DNA from: an uncultured bacterium
GTDB lineage: Bacteria > Eisenbacteria > RBG-16-71-46
DNA: 64,000 nt
Assembly (NCBI GenBank): GCA_964434945.1
Contig: CAYSWZ010000221.1
Location: forward strand, 4,485-68,484
Direction of reading: 5' to 3'
The position numbers and the translations under genes were made by a program. The stretch's first letter is position 1; each line of letters begins with the position of its first letter. Below the pieces are notes generated by a model. The model was given only the letters and a program-made list of their open reading frames with translations. It was not told where the DNA came from and did not search any database. Positions 63,528 to 64,000 of this stretch are shown here, piece by piece.

Positions 63528-64000
63528 TCAAATGAACCGCCGCAAACGCAAAGACGACGTCACGACTGAGACGCTCGACAGCGCCATGGCCAGCGACGCC
63601 AGCATGGGATGGAGCGTTCCCTGCCAGCCGAACAGCGGGCCCACGGGTCCGCCGGGCGCGAGGAGCGGCACCAGCACGCCGGCCGCGACCGGGATCAGCA
63701 CGACGTTGTAGGCGAACGCCCAGAACAGGTTCTGGCGGATGACCTGGAGCGTCCGGCGGGCGAGCCGCAGCGCGTCCGGCACCGCGGTAAGATCCCCGCG
63801 CAGCAGCGTGAACGCGCTCGCGTCCATCGCCACGTCCGTCCCGCTCGCCATCGCCAGCCCGACGTCGGCGCGCGCCAGGGCGGGCGCGTCGTTCAATCCG
63901 TCGCCGACCATGGCCACCCGGTGGCCGCTCCGCTGCAGGCGCTCGATCGCGGCGCTTTTTTCTGCAGGTGCCACGCCCGCGAGCACGTTTTCCGGTGCGA
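63528..64000 (-). CDS. copA: Heavy-metal (copper-type) translocating P1B-type ATPase, C-terminal part; the 5' end lies beyond the window
   Basis: ...[56 protein letters not shown]..., then two C-terminal TM spans. The frame stays open to position 64000. Confidence 0.9.
   Translation of the reverse strand, partial: APENVLAGVAPAEKSAAIERLQRSGHRVAMVGDGLNDAPALARADVGLAMASGTDVAMDASAFTLLRGDLTAVPDALRLARRTLQVIRQNLFWAFAYNVVLIPVAAGVLVPLLAPGGPVGPLFGWQGTLHPMLASLAMALSSVSVVTSSLRLRRFI

Overview
About 70% GC bacterial chromosomal DNA; the lineage cannot be fixed from this window alone. I support about 53 protein genes, mostly on the minus strand and densely packed, with many ATGA/GTGA/TTGA start-stop overlaps. 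I also support 3 tRNAs and a set of promoters, terminators and one recoding element, all read directly from the sequence. Many long ORFs in the supplied track are antisense or N-terminally over-extended high-GC artefacts. I re-set starts using RBS motifs, signal peptides and overlaps with upstream stop codons. Content, in order: partial IorAB-type molybdoenzyme; tadA beside a tRNA cluster (Ser-UGA, Ser-GCU, Arg-ACG); a Cys-less redoxin; an orphan HNH gene; an ABC-2 exporter; a Cys-rich exported protein; an iscS-mnmA-methyltransferase operon; PLP Cys/Met enzymes; a GT9 transferase; a DUF2339 membrane protein; a 14-repeat propeller; a SAM hydrolase; oligopeptidase B; a globin; an S41 protease; an aminotransferase; a GH3 enzyme; hyuAB; a PadR module; a CBS-CGL transsulfuration pair; ackA-hbd; an S9 peptidase; MarR, a cupredoxin and partial CopA. 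Two things stand out. (1) A periplasmic fusion of a degenerate phosphoesterase domain with a tetrahaem cytochrome (45606..47045) carries an in-frame TGA. The TGA sits exactly where its paralogue (40787..42220) has Cys, and a hairpin built from synonymous codon choices follows it, so this is a candidate selenoprotein. The two paralogues bracket the CBS-CGL operon. (2) At 47.3-55.7 kb, four separate transcription units each carry a well-spaced sigma-54 promoter (TGGCAC-N5-sTGC). They encode three DUF3494 ice-binding-like proteins and a glycine-zipper lipoprotein. Each unit also has a shared TTCAA-type repeat pair about 130-145 bp upstream and its own hairpin terminator. They lie next to an NtrC-type activator and a hybrid histidine kinase, which makes this a coherent surface-protein regulon that I do not recognise as a described system. 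No CRISPR array, rRNA, transposase or integrase was found.
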